Positions 9,601 to 18,118 of a stretch of DNA of 34,324 bases are shown piece after piece. Below the pieces are notes generated by a model. It saw only the letters and a program-made list of their open reading frames with translations, had not been told where the DNA came from and did no database searches. Origin of the DNA: a virus (Duplodnaviria; Caudoviricetes); IMG/VR virus record IMGVR_UViG_3300017747_001659, positions 1 through 34,324 of that record; one strand, given 5' to 3'. How positions within the stretch are numbered: the first letter of the stretch is position 1; each line of letters starts with the position of its first letter. Both the position numbers and the translations under genes were made by a program.

Positions 9601-12001
9601 GATCAACCCGATGATCCGTAGCGGCAATGCTATTCGCATCGGTGAGCATGTTTTTGGGACGCCGCCTGGCGTTTCTCCGGGTGCGCGCCGTTATGCGGTT
9701 TCTGCCCCCTACGGATCTCCGCAGACGGCTCCGGTTAGTATGGCCAAAGTTCATCCGGTGACTGGTGAGCATCCGGTTGTGGCGGCTGATCAACGTCCGG
9801 TTACTCAGCCTGAACCTATGCCTTCACAGGCGGCCCCGGCTGGTAGCGTTCTTAATCGTATTAACCCCAAAGACCCGTCCGGCCCGCTTCTTGGACAGCC
9901 TCCGATCCCGCCTTCGGCCAATATGCCTCAGACGGCTCCGGCCCCGGTTAAGCCTGGATTTGGCTTTGCCAGCCTGATTAACCCGATGGGAACGGCTCAT
10001 GCTGATGAGGCTGGTCCGTCTATGCCGGAAGGCGTTATCCCGCGAATCCGTCCCGGTTTTGAGGCTATTCAGGGTCCAAGCCAGTTGGCTGGATTGCAGG
10101 CGACCAAGCAACTTAGCCCCACCTCTCTAAATGCGGCGATGGGAACACCCAAGACAGGCATTTCGGGTTTGGACATGGAGCGGTTTACGCCTCCCGGAAT
10201 GGCTGGCGACCGCGATTTGATGGGCGCGCAGCCGCAGGGATTTGGCACATTTGCCCCGTCTGATTTCGGTCCTGAAGCTTCTAAGCCGCAGGCTCCTTGG
10301 GAGTCTCCGGTCATTGCCGAAAGTGGGCCTGAGAGGGCCGCTCCGTCTCCCGCTCCCAAGAGGGCCGAACCTCAAGCTCCGGTTGGTGAGAAGGGCAAGT
10401 TCTTCGGTGATTACCGTGATTACGAACCTTGGGCCAGTGACCCGATTGGCAAGGCTCTTGACGATATCATGGGTGAAAAGCCCATGTCCTCGCACAAGGG
10501 CGCGTCTATGTGGGACGTTGGCGGCGGCGAAACTCAGGGCGGCGGCTTTGACCTTGGCGACATTGGCGATCTGTTCAAGCAATATGGGGGCCGCGTTGGA
10601 ATGGCTGATGGCGGCGATCCGCTGGCCAATATTGATCCTGAAATGTTCAGCGAAGAACCAATGTCAGAAGATCAGTCTGGGTTTACGCCGGAAGCGCTTT
10701 CCGCCGATGATCAGGTTGATCCTAATGATCGCATCGTTGCCACGGATAGACCGGAACAGCGTGAACAGCCGCAGCAGCAACAGCCAGGCTTTGGTGGTCT
10801 GACTTCTCCGATTACTGGCAAGCCTATGGTTTGGGGCCCGGCGTCTCAGGCGCTTCTAGCGGCTGGACTTGGCATGATGGCTTCCGACCGTGTCAACCCG
10901 CTTCAGGCGATTGGCGAGGGCGGTTTGCGCGGCCTTGAGTATTATCAGAGTGCGTCTGCACAGGAGAAGGCCCAGCAGGCTGCTGAGGCCCGCTTGGCCC
11001 GTGAGATGGAACAGCGTAAAACTGCCGAACAGCATTGGCAAACGGAACAGCAGCATAAGCGCAATGTTCTTGAAGCCATGGAGCGCGCTCGTGCCGCCGG
11101 CAAGATTGGGGTTATCGGAACCGATATGAACGGCTATCCCATTCGCGGTTGGGTTTCCGGTGAGAAAGCAGGGCAGCCTCTTGATTCATCCGAATTGTTA
11201 CCAAGCACAATTAAGACTGGCGTAGAAGGGTTGCATGGAGAAGATTATCTAAACACTCTTCCGGGTGATATGGCTCCTACTGTTAAGGCGATTGCTGAAG
11301 GAAAAATGTCCATCCCTCCCGGTAGGTATGGAATGCCATTGCGAAAAGCTGTTACTCAGTATGATCCTGACTATTCAGAACAGCGTAAAAAGGTTCGCGA
11401 TTCTTTTGACTCCACAGATTTCAATAAAGCTGGAGGTCAAATTATTGCTGGCAATACAGCGCTTGGCCATCTTGGCGAATTGTCTGATGCAGCCCATGCT
11501 CTTGGCAATAGAGGGTTGAAGGCATGGAATTGGGCTAGGCAAACTGGCAAAAGTTTAACTTTTGGAAATCCTGAACTTGAGGTTTTCCAAACTGTTAAAG
11601 ACAGGTTTAACGAAGAAGCAACAAAATTTTATCGCGGAACTGGCGGAACAGAAGCTGACATTAAGCGCGCTCTTGATCGTTTAGATGCGGCTAAAACTCC
11701 ACAAGAACTTGATGCTGTTATTGCCGAAGAATCAAAGCTATTTGAAAGTAAAATCAAGTCATTGGAAGATCAATGGCGGAAAACCATGAAATCAGATGCC
11801 ATCGAAACTGGTGGCGACGTTAATTATGAAGTTGTTCGTGGGCACGCCAAGGAAGCGCTAGATAAAATACGCGCAAGAACATCTGGAGAAATTGGCGCAA
11901 CTGAACTTCCGCCTCCTGAAAAACGTCAGGTTGGTATGGAATGGAAGAATAAACACGGCAAGACGATGATTTGGGATGGCAACGGCTGGAGGCCAAAATA
12001 A
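6620..12001 (+). CDS. large DNA ejection/internal virion protein with S74-like autoproteolytic domain and SleB-like cell wall hydrolase domain
   Basis: Gln/Ala-rich N-terminus (NPYQQNVI, GAYGGDR). SDRDDKTDI...GPMAQDIE starts at 7547. ARTVAREAANQGDKGMAAVAHAIKNR...NQFSPWN (Hydrolase_2-like) at about 9260-9660. Confidence 0.8.
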   Translation: MGTKGGSGGGSNQMGFQATTSTYTPNPEAMQAYRQALGMAENVASIPYEAYQGQMTAGFTPDQIAAFQGTREMQGMAQPYINAATSAVNQSMNLADPRNFTPAALQQYYNPYQQNVIESSKAMMAQQNAQQQADLTARAIQQGAYGGDRSGVARAALMGQQALANQQVLAGLQQQGYQQAVSQYNQQQQQAIGAAQQGAYSLGQLGLQGQQAALQGIQALLGTGGMQQQLGQQQLTAAYNQWLQSRAYPYQQANFYAGIASGIAPNMGGTTNTMGIGNSQTQQQQASGGGGGAGMLTSALSFLPMLFGGSDRDDKTDIQYLGKDPDTGEKLYSYRYKGDPKSYPKVVGPMAQDIEKDDPDRVREVGGHKIVEGLGHLSPSQREGRANGGSSIYGSPTVDPTAYQKSPYEANQAFDPGFKTGLEAVIDPAMANQIARSRWVSQQPDESQSQQTIDEQMQYRNPEYNLFPYFQDGQQSQSPFDGNAERPQMYADGGGVGGLGDLMKAKTPFGAAAPYVEALPITPGKAHIPEPPRMNWLPGLPGGGPSGGGGGGGGSGGGGGMPKLPKMGGSKAASAGAAAPEAAAAAQSPEAASSAPTPEAATAAPATEAAAAPAPDMGAAAAPAMDAGLGGLGGGIGDIFSGLGGMLPMFNHGGRVHMDGGGAAGAAGPSGAIGSSGFEGALGAGVGAIPGLIGQEGTGTLGSLMPSFKPAPTKGPMGDMSYKGWLDRAMMLDPGPQTTPEEQGQPSLPKPGSQPPRPFMPGEMQSKVVGEQNKGIDPMLMMGMGKMGGNLAMSTMLSNQQASNDAKSLQKEYQQKRADILATPQAPAGYSQSLASNMFNPHTGLFNVNYGTYYMPHYADGGRVGMADGGDPTRYQPTSRDLDYWARTVAREAANQGDKGMAAVAHAIKNRLESGRYGRSIADVVTAHNQFSPWNYKMRGTHNDPRLLSVNSPEYKKAMEIVQGVASGKIPNPIGSAVNFANPALSSSRSLRTWINPMIRSGNAIRIGEHVFGTPPGVSPGARRYAVSAPYGSPQTAPVSMAKVHPVTGEHPVVAADQRPVTQPEPMPSQAAPAGSVLNRINPKDPSGPLLGQPPIPPSANMPQTAPAPVKPGFGFASLINPMGTAHADEAGPSMPEGVIPRIRPGFEAIQGPSQLAGLQATKQLSPTSLNAAMGTPKTGISGLDMERFTPPGMAGDRDLMGAQPQGFGTFAPSDFGPEASKPQAPWESPVIAESGPERAAPSPAPKRAEPQAPVGEKGKFFGDYRDYEPWASDPIGKALDDIMGEKPMSSHKGASMWDVGGGETQGGGFDLGDIGDLFKQYGGRVGMADGGDPLANIDPEMFSEEPMSEDQSGFTPEALSADDQVDPNDRIVATDRPEQREQPQQQQPGFGGLTSPITGKPMVWGPASQALLAAGLGMMASDRVNPLQAIGEGGLRGLEYYQSASAQEKAQQAAEARLAREMEQRKTAEQHWQTEQQHKRNVLEAMERARAAGKIGVIGTDMNGYPIRGWVSGEKAGQPLDSSELLPSTIKTGVEGLHGEDYLNTLPGDMAPTVKAIAEGKMSIPPGRYGMPLRKAVTQYDPDYSEQRKKVRDSFDSTDFNKAGGQIIAGNTALGHLGELSDAAHALGNRGLKAWNWARQTGKSLTFGNPELEVFQTVKDRFNEEATKFYRGTGGTEADIKRALDRLDAAKTPQELDAVIAEESKLFESKIKSLEDQWRKTMKSDAIETGGDVNYEVVRGHAKEALDKIRARTSGEIGATELPPPEKRQVGMEWKNKHGKTMIWDGNGWRPK

Positions 12002-13776
12002 TGGCTGATTATCTCTCTGACGAAGAAGCCATGAACTATGGCGCTCCAGTTGAAGGCCAAGTTACACCTATGTCAGATGCGCAAGCTGCTGGATTTGGCG
12101 ATCAAGAGCAAGGTATGCGCGAACAGGCTCAGGCTAATCGTGGATATCTTCCCCAAGTCGGTGCGTTTGTAACGGGCGTAGGACAAACCATCCCGTTTTC
12201 TAAGGATATTGCGGCTGGAGTCAACGTCTTAAGATCTGAATTAGGCGGCCATCCTGCCGGAGTTCCAGAACAAGGAACATTTGGCGAGAAATTTGAAGCG
12301 GCAAAGCGCGCGCAGGAGCAGGCTCAAAAAGTTCTTGGCGAAGAATTTCCTTGGACGCAGGCTGGTGGAACGGCTGCTGGCATTGGCGCTCAGATCATGG
12401 CTCCCGGCACCAGAGCTTTAGCCGCTGGTGAGCGGGCTGCTGCTGAGATGGCTGGTGAAGCGGTTCCTAGAGCGCTGGCTCCGGCTGCCCGTGGGGCTGT
12501 CCATGTCGGCACAGGCGCTGGTGTTGGTGCGGCCTATGGCGCTGGTGAAGGCGTGACGGCTGATGAGCGTATGCAGAATGCTCTTATTGGCGCTGGCATT
12601 GGTGCGGCTGGATCGGCTGCTGCTCCTATTGTTGGGACGATAGCTAGGCCGATTGGGCAAAGGCTTGGGCTGGTTAAGCCAACTCCCGGCATTATGTCCA
12701 AGGATGAGTTGTTTGACGCTGCCCGTGATGCTTATCGTGCGTCTGAGCAGCAGGGCATTATGGTTCAGCCTACTGAACTTAGAAATGCTTATGACAACAT
12801 AAAAAACAATCTTACGAACCTTGGCTATCATCCCAAAAATCAGCCTGAAGTCCAAGTTGCGTTAGATGAGCTTTACAAGCTTTCTATGCCCACAATGCAG
12901 GGTAGGCCGAATTATACGACGCTGAAGGGTATTGATATTATCAATCAAATGGCCCGAAATGCTTCGTCCAGCCCTAATCCGCAAACGCGTCTTATGGGTA
13001 AGGCGTTCCACGAAGGTATAGATGATCTTTTAGGTGGCCTTAATCCTAAAAACGTCATTGGAGGGAATGCGCCTGAAGCTGTTAAGTCTTTGCAGGAAGC
13101 TAGAAACTATTGGAAGCTTGCGCGTAAGACACAAAAAGTTGAGGATATGATTGACAATGCTATCCTTGAAACAGCTTCTACTGGATCAGGGGGCAACATC
13201 AATAACAAACTGAAGCAGGCAATTACCAAGATAATTAAAGAGAATAAGCGCAAGCCCGGTGGGTGGACTCCTGATGAGTTGGCTGCCATGCGCGCTGTTG
13301 TTGAGCCTTCTGCTGGGCGTGATTTGGCAAGGCTTATTGGAAAACTTGATCCAAGAGGCAACGGACTTCACATGCTTCTTGAGCTTGGAGCAGTTTCCCA
13401 CAATCCAAAATTTGCTCCTTTGATCGCTGGAGGACATTTAGCAAAGACATATGCGGATCGCGCCACGGCTGCCGCCGTTGATGATCTTCTTGAGCTTATC
13501 CGCGTTGGTGGTTTGAGGAAGAACATGCCCAGAAAGAACCCTACATCCGCTGTTAAGGCGAAGAATGTCGGTATAGGCGCTACGTTGTCTGGAATGCAGC
13601 CTTGGGAACGTGAGGAGCGTAAGGCTGGTGGTCGCGTCTACCCTGCCAAGCGATTGACGCTTTTGGAAAAGGCGGCTCGCAAAGCTCATGGTGAATTGGC
13701 CAATGGCTCCAAGCCTCTTATGAATATGCCGGACGAACATATAGCCCATCAACTCAATATGGCTAAGGATCAATAA
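12001..13776 (+). CDS. DNA ejection/internal virion protein
   Basis: Gly/Ala-rich membrane-active segments (GAGVGAAYGAG, GAGIGAAG). Start at ATG 12001, coupled to the upstream stop (TAATG). Confidence 0.7.
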   Translation: MADYLSDEEAMNYGAPVEGQVTPMSDAQAAGFGDQEQGMREQAQANRGYLPQVGAFVTGVGQTIPFSKDIAAGVNVLRSELGGHPAGVPEQGTFGEKFEAAKRAQEQAQKVLGEEFPWTQAGGTAAGIGAQIMAPGTRALAAGERAAAEMAGEAVPRALAPAARGAVHVGTGAGVGAAYGAGEGVTADERMQNALIGAGIGAAGSAAAPIVGTIARPIGQRLGLVKPTPGIMSKDELFDAARDAYRASEQQGIMVQPTELRNAYDNIKNNLTNLGYHPKNQPEVQVALDELYKLSMPTMQGRPNYTTLKGIDIINQMARNASSSPNPQTRLMGKAFHEGIDDLLGGLNPKNVIGGNAPEAVKSLQEARNYWKLARKTQKVEDMIDNAILETASTGSGGNINNKLKQAITKIIKENKRKPGGWTPDELAAMRAVVEPSAGRDLARLIGKLDPRGNGLHMLLELGAVSHNPKFAPLIAGGHLAKTYADRATAAAVDDLLELIRVGGLRKNMPRKNPTSAVKAKNVGIGATLSGMQPWEREERKAGGRVYPAKRLTLLEKAARKAHGELANGSKPLMNMPDEHIAHQLNMAKDQ

Positions 13777-13778
13777 AA

Positions 13779-14693
13779 ATGGTCGATACATACACAAATG
13801 GCAAACTTGGCCTTATTGAGCCTGCTCGCGGCGGATATGTTGATACATGGGATTTACCGCTTTATGCGAACTGGGAAACACTGGATGCTGCGGTATCTGG
13901 AACAACGTCAATAACACTCTCAAATTCAAATGTCGTTTTGACTGTTCCTACATATCCGACAAACGCAAACCCACCCTCTGTCTCGACATCTTGCCAAAAT
14001 TTGAGGCTTTATCTTACCGGGACATTGGCGGCCAACCTTACCATCTTTATTCCCGCAACAGTTGGTGGGTTTTGGATTGTTGATGACCGAACCACAGCAA
14101 ATGGATACACAATTACCGTTAAGACCACGGCTGTAGGATCTACAGGCGTTGCAACGGTCAATAATAAGACCCTTATAATGTGTAGCGATGGGACAAACGT
14201 GTTCCTTGCTGACAGCGGCAACGTGACAGACTCTTCTCTGCTTGTTCGCCCTGGATCTATCGTTGCCTTTGGTGGAACATCTGCTCCTGCTGGGTATTTG
14301 CTTTGCACGGGTCAGGCTGTTTCTCGAACAACATACGCAGATTTGTTTTCGGCAATAGGAACGACTTGGGGTAGCGGAGACGGGTCAACCACGTTCAATG
14401 TTCCTGATCTAGCAAATATGTTCCTTCGTGGCTCTGGGGCTTCTGCGGTTGGTGTCTATGAAGCCGACGACTTCAAGTCTCATACTCATAGCGTCACTGA
14501 TCCGGGCCATACGCACTCTATCAATTTCCAAGAGGACGACAGAACGGCAGGCACTGGAGCGTATGCGTTCCAATCGTCTAACACTGTTGTCAAAACGACA
14601 GAGAGCGCAACAACTGGAATTACAGTCTCAAGCACTGGCGGTTCGGAGACAAGGCCGAAGAACAGACGTGTCTTGTATATCATAAAGACATGA
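13779..14693 (+). CDS. tail fibre protein with phage tail collar domain
   Basis: PGSIVAFGGTSAPAGYLLCTGQAVSRTTYADLFSAIGTTWGSGDGSTTFNVPDL, HTH metal-binding motifs and ETRPKN C-terminus. Confidence 0.9.
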   Translation: MVDTYTNGKLGLIEPARGGYVDTWDLPLYANWETLDAAVSGTTSITLSNSNVVLTVPTYPTNANPPSVSTSCQNLRLYLTGTLAANLTIFIPATVGGFWIVDDRTTANGYTITVKTTAVGSTGVATVNNKTLIMCSDGTNVFLADSGNVTDSSLLVRPGSIVAFGGTSAPAGYLLCTGQAVSRTTYADLFSAIGTTWGSGDGSTTFNVPDLANMFLRGSGASAVGVYEADDFKSHTHSVTDPGHTHSINFQEDDRTAGTGAYAFQSSNTVVKTTESATTGITVSSTGGSETRPKNRRVLYIIKT

Positions 14694-14815
14694 TGCACCC
14701 CGACCACTACGAAATCCTAATGCGAATATGCAGGGGAGTAGCGATTGTGTGGGTGTGCGTCCTTTGCTTTAAGCTAGGACAAGGTGTTTTTCTTGAGTTG
14801 AGGCATATGCAATGA
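14690..14815 (+). CDS. 41-aa single-TM protein in lysis cassette (not in ORF track)
   Basis: MMHPDHYEILMRICRGVAIVWVCVLCFKLGQGVFLELRHMQ. ATGA overlaps with both neighbours. Confidence 0.55.
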   Translation: MMHPDHYEILMRICRGVAIVWVCVLCFKLGQGVFLELRHMQ

Positions 14816-15348
14816 ACATGGATTATTTCTTCGACCGCATCCGTCGTGCTGTGTTTGGCGGCAAGCTTACACAGAAACAGGTTGATGGAATTAATCGAAT
14901 CCTTGCATATCGTGACGCCAATTGGCCCAAGATGTCGGATGCTGAACTGGCATATTTGCTGGCTACAGTGACCCATGAAACGGCTTTTACTATGCAGCCG
15001 ATTACCGAAATGGGTTCTCAAGCTTATCTGAGGTCTAAAAAATATTGGCCTTGGATCGGCAGAGGATTGATTCAGATCACCTGGAAAACGAATTATGCCA
15101 AATACGGCATAACCAACCCAGATGATGCTCTCTCATGGCCTGTGGCATTGAAGGTAGCTTTTGACGGCATGATTTTTGGCCGATTTACCGGGAAAAAGCT
15201 GTCTGATTACATTAAGCCGGGTAAAACGCCTGACTTTGTTGGCGCTCGCCGGATTATTAATGGAACGGATCGGGCAAATTTGATTGCCGGTTACGCCAAC
15301 TCTTACTTAGACGCCCTCACCCAAGCCAAACAAGGACCGGGAAAATGA
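14812..15348 (+). CDS. endolysin, glycoside hydrolase family 19-like
   Basis: YLLATVTHET, GRGLIQITWKTNY and ARRIING motifs. Confidence 0.85.
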   Translation: MNMDYFFDRIRRAVFGGKLTQKQVDGINRILAYRDANWPKMSDAELAYLLATVTHETAFTMQPITEMGSQAYLRSKKYWPWIGRGLIQITWKTNYAKYGITNPDDALSWPVALKVAFDGMIFGRFTGKKLSDYIKPGKTPDFVGARRIINGTDRANLIAGYANSYLDALTQAKQGPGK

Positions 15349-15485
15349 AAGAAACTTTCGCATATCTGCTGATGGCAGTCATGTATTCTGTCATGCTGTT
15401 GAGTGTTAGTATGTTGGCAGGCTGCGAAAGCGCCAAATTCTATGAGTGTTTGGCGAGGGATCGAACATCAAACCCTTGTAATTAG
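15345..15485 (+). CDS. 46-aa lipoprotein (not in ORF track)
   Basis: MKETFAYLLMAVMYSVMLLSVSMLAG-C lipobox. ATGA overlap with the endolysin stop. Confidence 0.6.
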   Translation: MKETFAYLLMAVMYSVMLLSVSMLAGCESAKFYECLARDRTSNPCN

Positions 15486-15494
15486 GAGAACACG

Positions 15495-15698
15495 ATGAAT
15501 AAGCTTCTTGTTAACTGGAAAACGACCGTTTCTGGCCTGATCCCTCTGGCTGCGTATGGCCTGAACTATTTTGGTCTGTGGCCCAGCGTTATTCCTCTGC
15601 CTCCCTTCGATCAGGTTTGGCCGTTTGTTCTGGCTATCGTTGGCATTGGTGGTTCTGCCAAGGATGCTAACGTGACCGGCGGAACGGTTCAGCAGTGA
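15495..15698 (+). CDS. holin
   Basis: AGGAG RBS. NWKTT.SG motif, two hydrophobic segments and AKD.NVTGG tail. Confidence 0.65.
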   Translation: MNKLLVNWKTTVSGLIPLAAYGLNYFGLWPSVIPLPPFDQVWPFVLAIVGIGGSAKDANVTGGTVQQ

Positions 15699-15910
15699 GT
15701 ATTTTGATCTCAGTCCTCATAGGCGTCCTGATATTGGTATATCTGCTTGTGCGGGTAGCCATGGCCGTGTCTGAGGAAATGGGAAAGATTGAGGAACAGA
15801 AAGAGCGTCTAAAAAAAGACAAGGACTTGGCCGACAAGCGCGCTGCGGAAATGCTAAAGGAGAAAACCCGTGGCGAGGTTGTTGACGATCTTCTTAATGG
15901 CAAGTTTTAG
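15695..15910 (+). CDS. i-spanin-like (Rz-like) protein
   Basis: N-terminal TM plus charged coiled coil. Overlaps a downstream lipoprotein gene. Confidence 0.6.
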   Translation: MSILISVLIGVLILVYLLVRVAMAVSEEMGKIEEQKERLKKDKDLADKRAAEMLKEKTRGEVVDDLLNGKF

Positions 15911-16091
15911 TCTGGCTGGATGCTCTACGCAGCTTAACACGGGGAGCGGTTGCCCCCCGTTGGTTCAATACAGCGCCCAAACCCAGCGTCGGGCGGCTGA
16001 TGAGCTTGAGCGGCTTCCTAAAGATTCCGCCGTTGCTCAGATGATTGTGGACTATGGCAAAACTCGCGCAGCATGTAGAATTACTCAGTAG
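15870..16091 (+). CDS. o-spanin-like (Rz1-like) lipoprotein
   Basis: LAGC lipobox, CPPL motif and C-terminal Cys. Overlaps the i-spanin 3' end in another frame. Confidence 0.7.
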   Translation: MARLLTIFLMASFSLAGCSTQLNTGSGCPPLVQYSAQTQRRAADELERLPKDSAVAQMIVDYGKTRAACRITQ

Positions 16092-16704
16092 TATCTTTTA
16101 CTGGTTTTGTAGCAGCAAGCTCTAAATCCCAACCCCTATCAATTCTATGTATCACTACATAGATTGGCAAATTTGTATTTAATTTATCCATTATTTGTCT
16201 AACTGTTAATTCTTCACCATTATAATTAAATTTTCTACTATTTCGCTTGTTATTATTTTGATCTTTTTGTGTTGCCCATATTACGTTTCCATTGCAATAA
16301 TTTCCATTAACATCAATTCTTTCTAAAGAATAATTTTTAGATGGCCTGCTTCCAATATCGTCTAAAAATTTAATAAAGTCATCTTTCCATTCATTGCAAA
16401 CTGTAATTCCTCGTCCTCCATATAAATTATATGATTTATTTGTTTTATTGTAACACCTAGCTTTCATATCACACCATATATTATACTCATTTAATTTACT
16501 CATATTATGTTTAGTATTTCCTATATTCGTGCAACCACACGATTTTGTTCTTCCATTAATAATATTTGCTCCTATTGCTACCCATTCTGTTCCGCAATCG
16601 CATTTACAATTCCATGTTGATTTTCCATTATTTGATGTTCCGTTTCGGGAAATAATATTAATTATCCCAAAACGTGTCCCAGACAAATCTAACGGTTTAG
16701 GCAT
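16081..16704 (-). CDS. HNH-type homing endonuclease
   Basis: DLSG.RFG, W.CKCDCG, KSCGC, W..MK.RC, YGGRGI.VC.EW and ERIDVNGNY...N..WAT...N.N motifs. Strongly AT-rich. Confidence 0.85.
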   Translation of the reverse strand: MPKPLDLSGTRFGIINIISRNGTSNNGKSTWNCKCDCGTEWVAIGANIINGRTKSCGCTNIGNTKHNMSKLNEYNIWCDMKARCYNKTNKSYNLYGGRGITVCNEWKDDFIKFLDDIGSRPSKNYSLERIDVNGNYCNGNVIWATQKDQNNNKRNSRKFNYNGEELTVRQIMDKLNTNLPIYVVIHRIDRGWDLELAATKPVKDTTE

Positions 16705-16712
16705 ATGATTTC

Positions 16713-16760
16713 TCCCTCTACTGACAATATGGTATAAATATCATTTAGTCAATAGAGGGA
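16713..16760 (-). promoter_or_regulatory. RBS-sequestering hairpin containing a sigma70-like promoter for the HNH gene
   Basis: Minus-strand 13-bp stem UCCCUCUAUUGAC/GUCAGUAGAGGGA (one G-U). TTGACT(16752-16747)-17 nt-TATTGT(16729-16724). Confidence 0.6.
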
Positions 16761-16765
16761 TAGCA

Positions 16766-17395
16766 TTACGATGTAAGAGCGTTAACGGAAGTCACCACAG
16801 CATCCATGCGAGCCGTCTGAATCAGCGGCTTCCCGTAAGGGTCTTTAGGGTCTTGGGCAAGCCATTGAACGGCTACAGGTCCAACCCCCAGGGCCATCCA
16901 ATAGCGGGCTCCCGCGCCCGGTTTCCCATCCCATGACTGGAGATAGGTAAACTGGAGAACATCCTCATACATTTCTCCCGTCTGAACGCGGAACTTGCCA
17001 AGCAAGTTTTCCACATGGACGATCTGGATGCCCTTTGCCAACGCCGGGGGCCAAGACTGGAACGGGTCCATCTTGGGGTAGGTCACTAAATCCTGCCCGA
17101 TGTCGTAATACTCGCCCCAAGCTATCGGCGGGTTCATCACGACCTTTTTGCCCGGATAATCATCCCGCCATTCATTGATCCCGCTACCGACATTGTAGCG
17201 GTAATACCAAGTGTCCTTCCATGTCAAGTGGGCGTCGTAGTCGATGTAAAGCATCGAATCAGAACCTTTGTCATAGGAAAAGACACTGGTAATCGGCGGC
17301 ATACTGTTGTCTGTGGCTGTGTAGTCGAACCGGCGAAGTTCCCCGGTTTTGAACATGGGCCAATATGCAGGCATGAATATCTTGGACATGGTCAT
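16766..17395 (-). CDS. hypothetical protein (aromatic-rich, beta)
   Basis: 209-aa ORF coupled to the upstream gene by an ATGA overlap. No motif recognised. Confidence 0.7.
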   Translation of the reverse strand: MTMSKIFMPAYWPMFKTGELRRFDYTATDNSMPPITSVFSYDKGSDSMLYIDYDAHLTWKDTWYYRYNVGSGINEWRDDYPGKKVVMNPPIAWGEYYDIGQDLVTYPKMDPFQSWPPALAKGIQIVHVENLLGKFRVQTGEMYEDVLQFTYLQSWDGKPGAGARYWMALGVGPVAVQWLAQDPKDPYGKPLIQTARMDAVVTSVNALTS

Positions 17396-18114
17396 TTCCC
17401 CATAGATTTGCGGAGTTCTTCAATCTTACCTTCTTGGCGCACAATTTGATGGCCAAGGTTATTCATAGATACTTTGGAAGATTTGATTTGGTCATTGGCT
17501 TCTGTCAGGGCCTTGTTTGCGATAGCCGCCGCGTCCATTGCGGTTTGCAATGAAGATTTTATTTCATCGTGGATTTTCTTGGCTTCGTTTAATGTCCACT
17601 TGGCCTCCTCAAGATTTGCCAGCAGAGCAGCATTGCTGCGCTCCTCCCCAAAATTTTCAGCCCGGATTGTTTTAACCCAAGCAAGCGGGACGCCAAGATC
17701 CTCCGCTACGCGGGAATCTGTCCACCCATCACTGTATCCTGTGGTTTCATCCAGATAGACTTCGTCGATCTTTGCAAAAATCAGTCGGCGGTCCTCACGG
17801 GACATTGTCGGCGGTTCTTCCGCCTTGATAAAGTTGACCACGTTGCTCTCCTTTTCCGGTTCTTTATTCCGCTTTTTTTGTCTTGCTGCTATGCAATCTG
17901 GGCATGTATCTCCGCTTGCACGGTTGCCTATTTCCCACCCCCTGTGGCGCATTTTCTGCTGGACAAGGGCCATGGCGATTCCATTACCTTTGTTGCCTAG
18001 TGGAAAGGTATCTGTCGCCCCGCATTTATGACAGGTAAATTTGAATGCAGCCATCGGCGGCTGCCCATCCTCTTTTACGGTTGTCCTATCAAAAACCCTT
18101 TCAAAGTGTGACAT
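17392..18114 (-). CDS. Zn-finger / coiled-coil protein
   Basis: Start reassigned to ATG 18114 (GAATGGAG RBS). CHKC...CPDC, HTH-like WTDSRVAEDLGVP and a C-terminal coiled coil. Confidence 0.7.
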   Translation of the reverse strand: MSHFERVFDRTTVKEDGQPPMAAFKFTCHKCGATDTFPLGNKGNGIAMALVQQKMRHRGWEIGNRASGDTCPDCIAARQKKRNKEPEKESNVVNFIKAEEPPTMSREDRRLIFAKIDEVYLDETTGYSDGWTDSRVAEDLGVPLAWVKTIRAENFGEERSNAALLANLEEAKWTLNEAKKIHDEIKSSLQTAMDAAAIANKALTEANDQIKSSKVSMNNLGHQIVRQEGKIEELRKSMGK

Positions 18115-18118
18115 TTCA

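Noticed and set aside
16717-16737. Possible extra operator copy (CTACTGACA-ata-TGGTATAAA)
   Set aside because: The right half does not fit the consensus; better explained by the hairpin/promoter.
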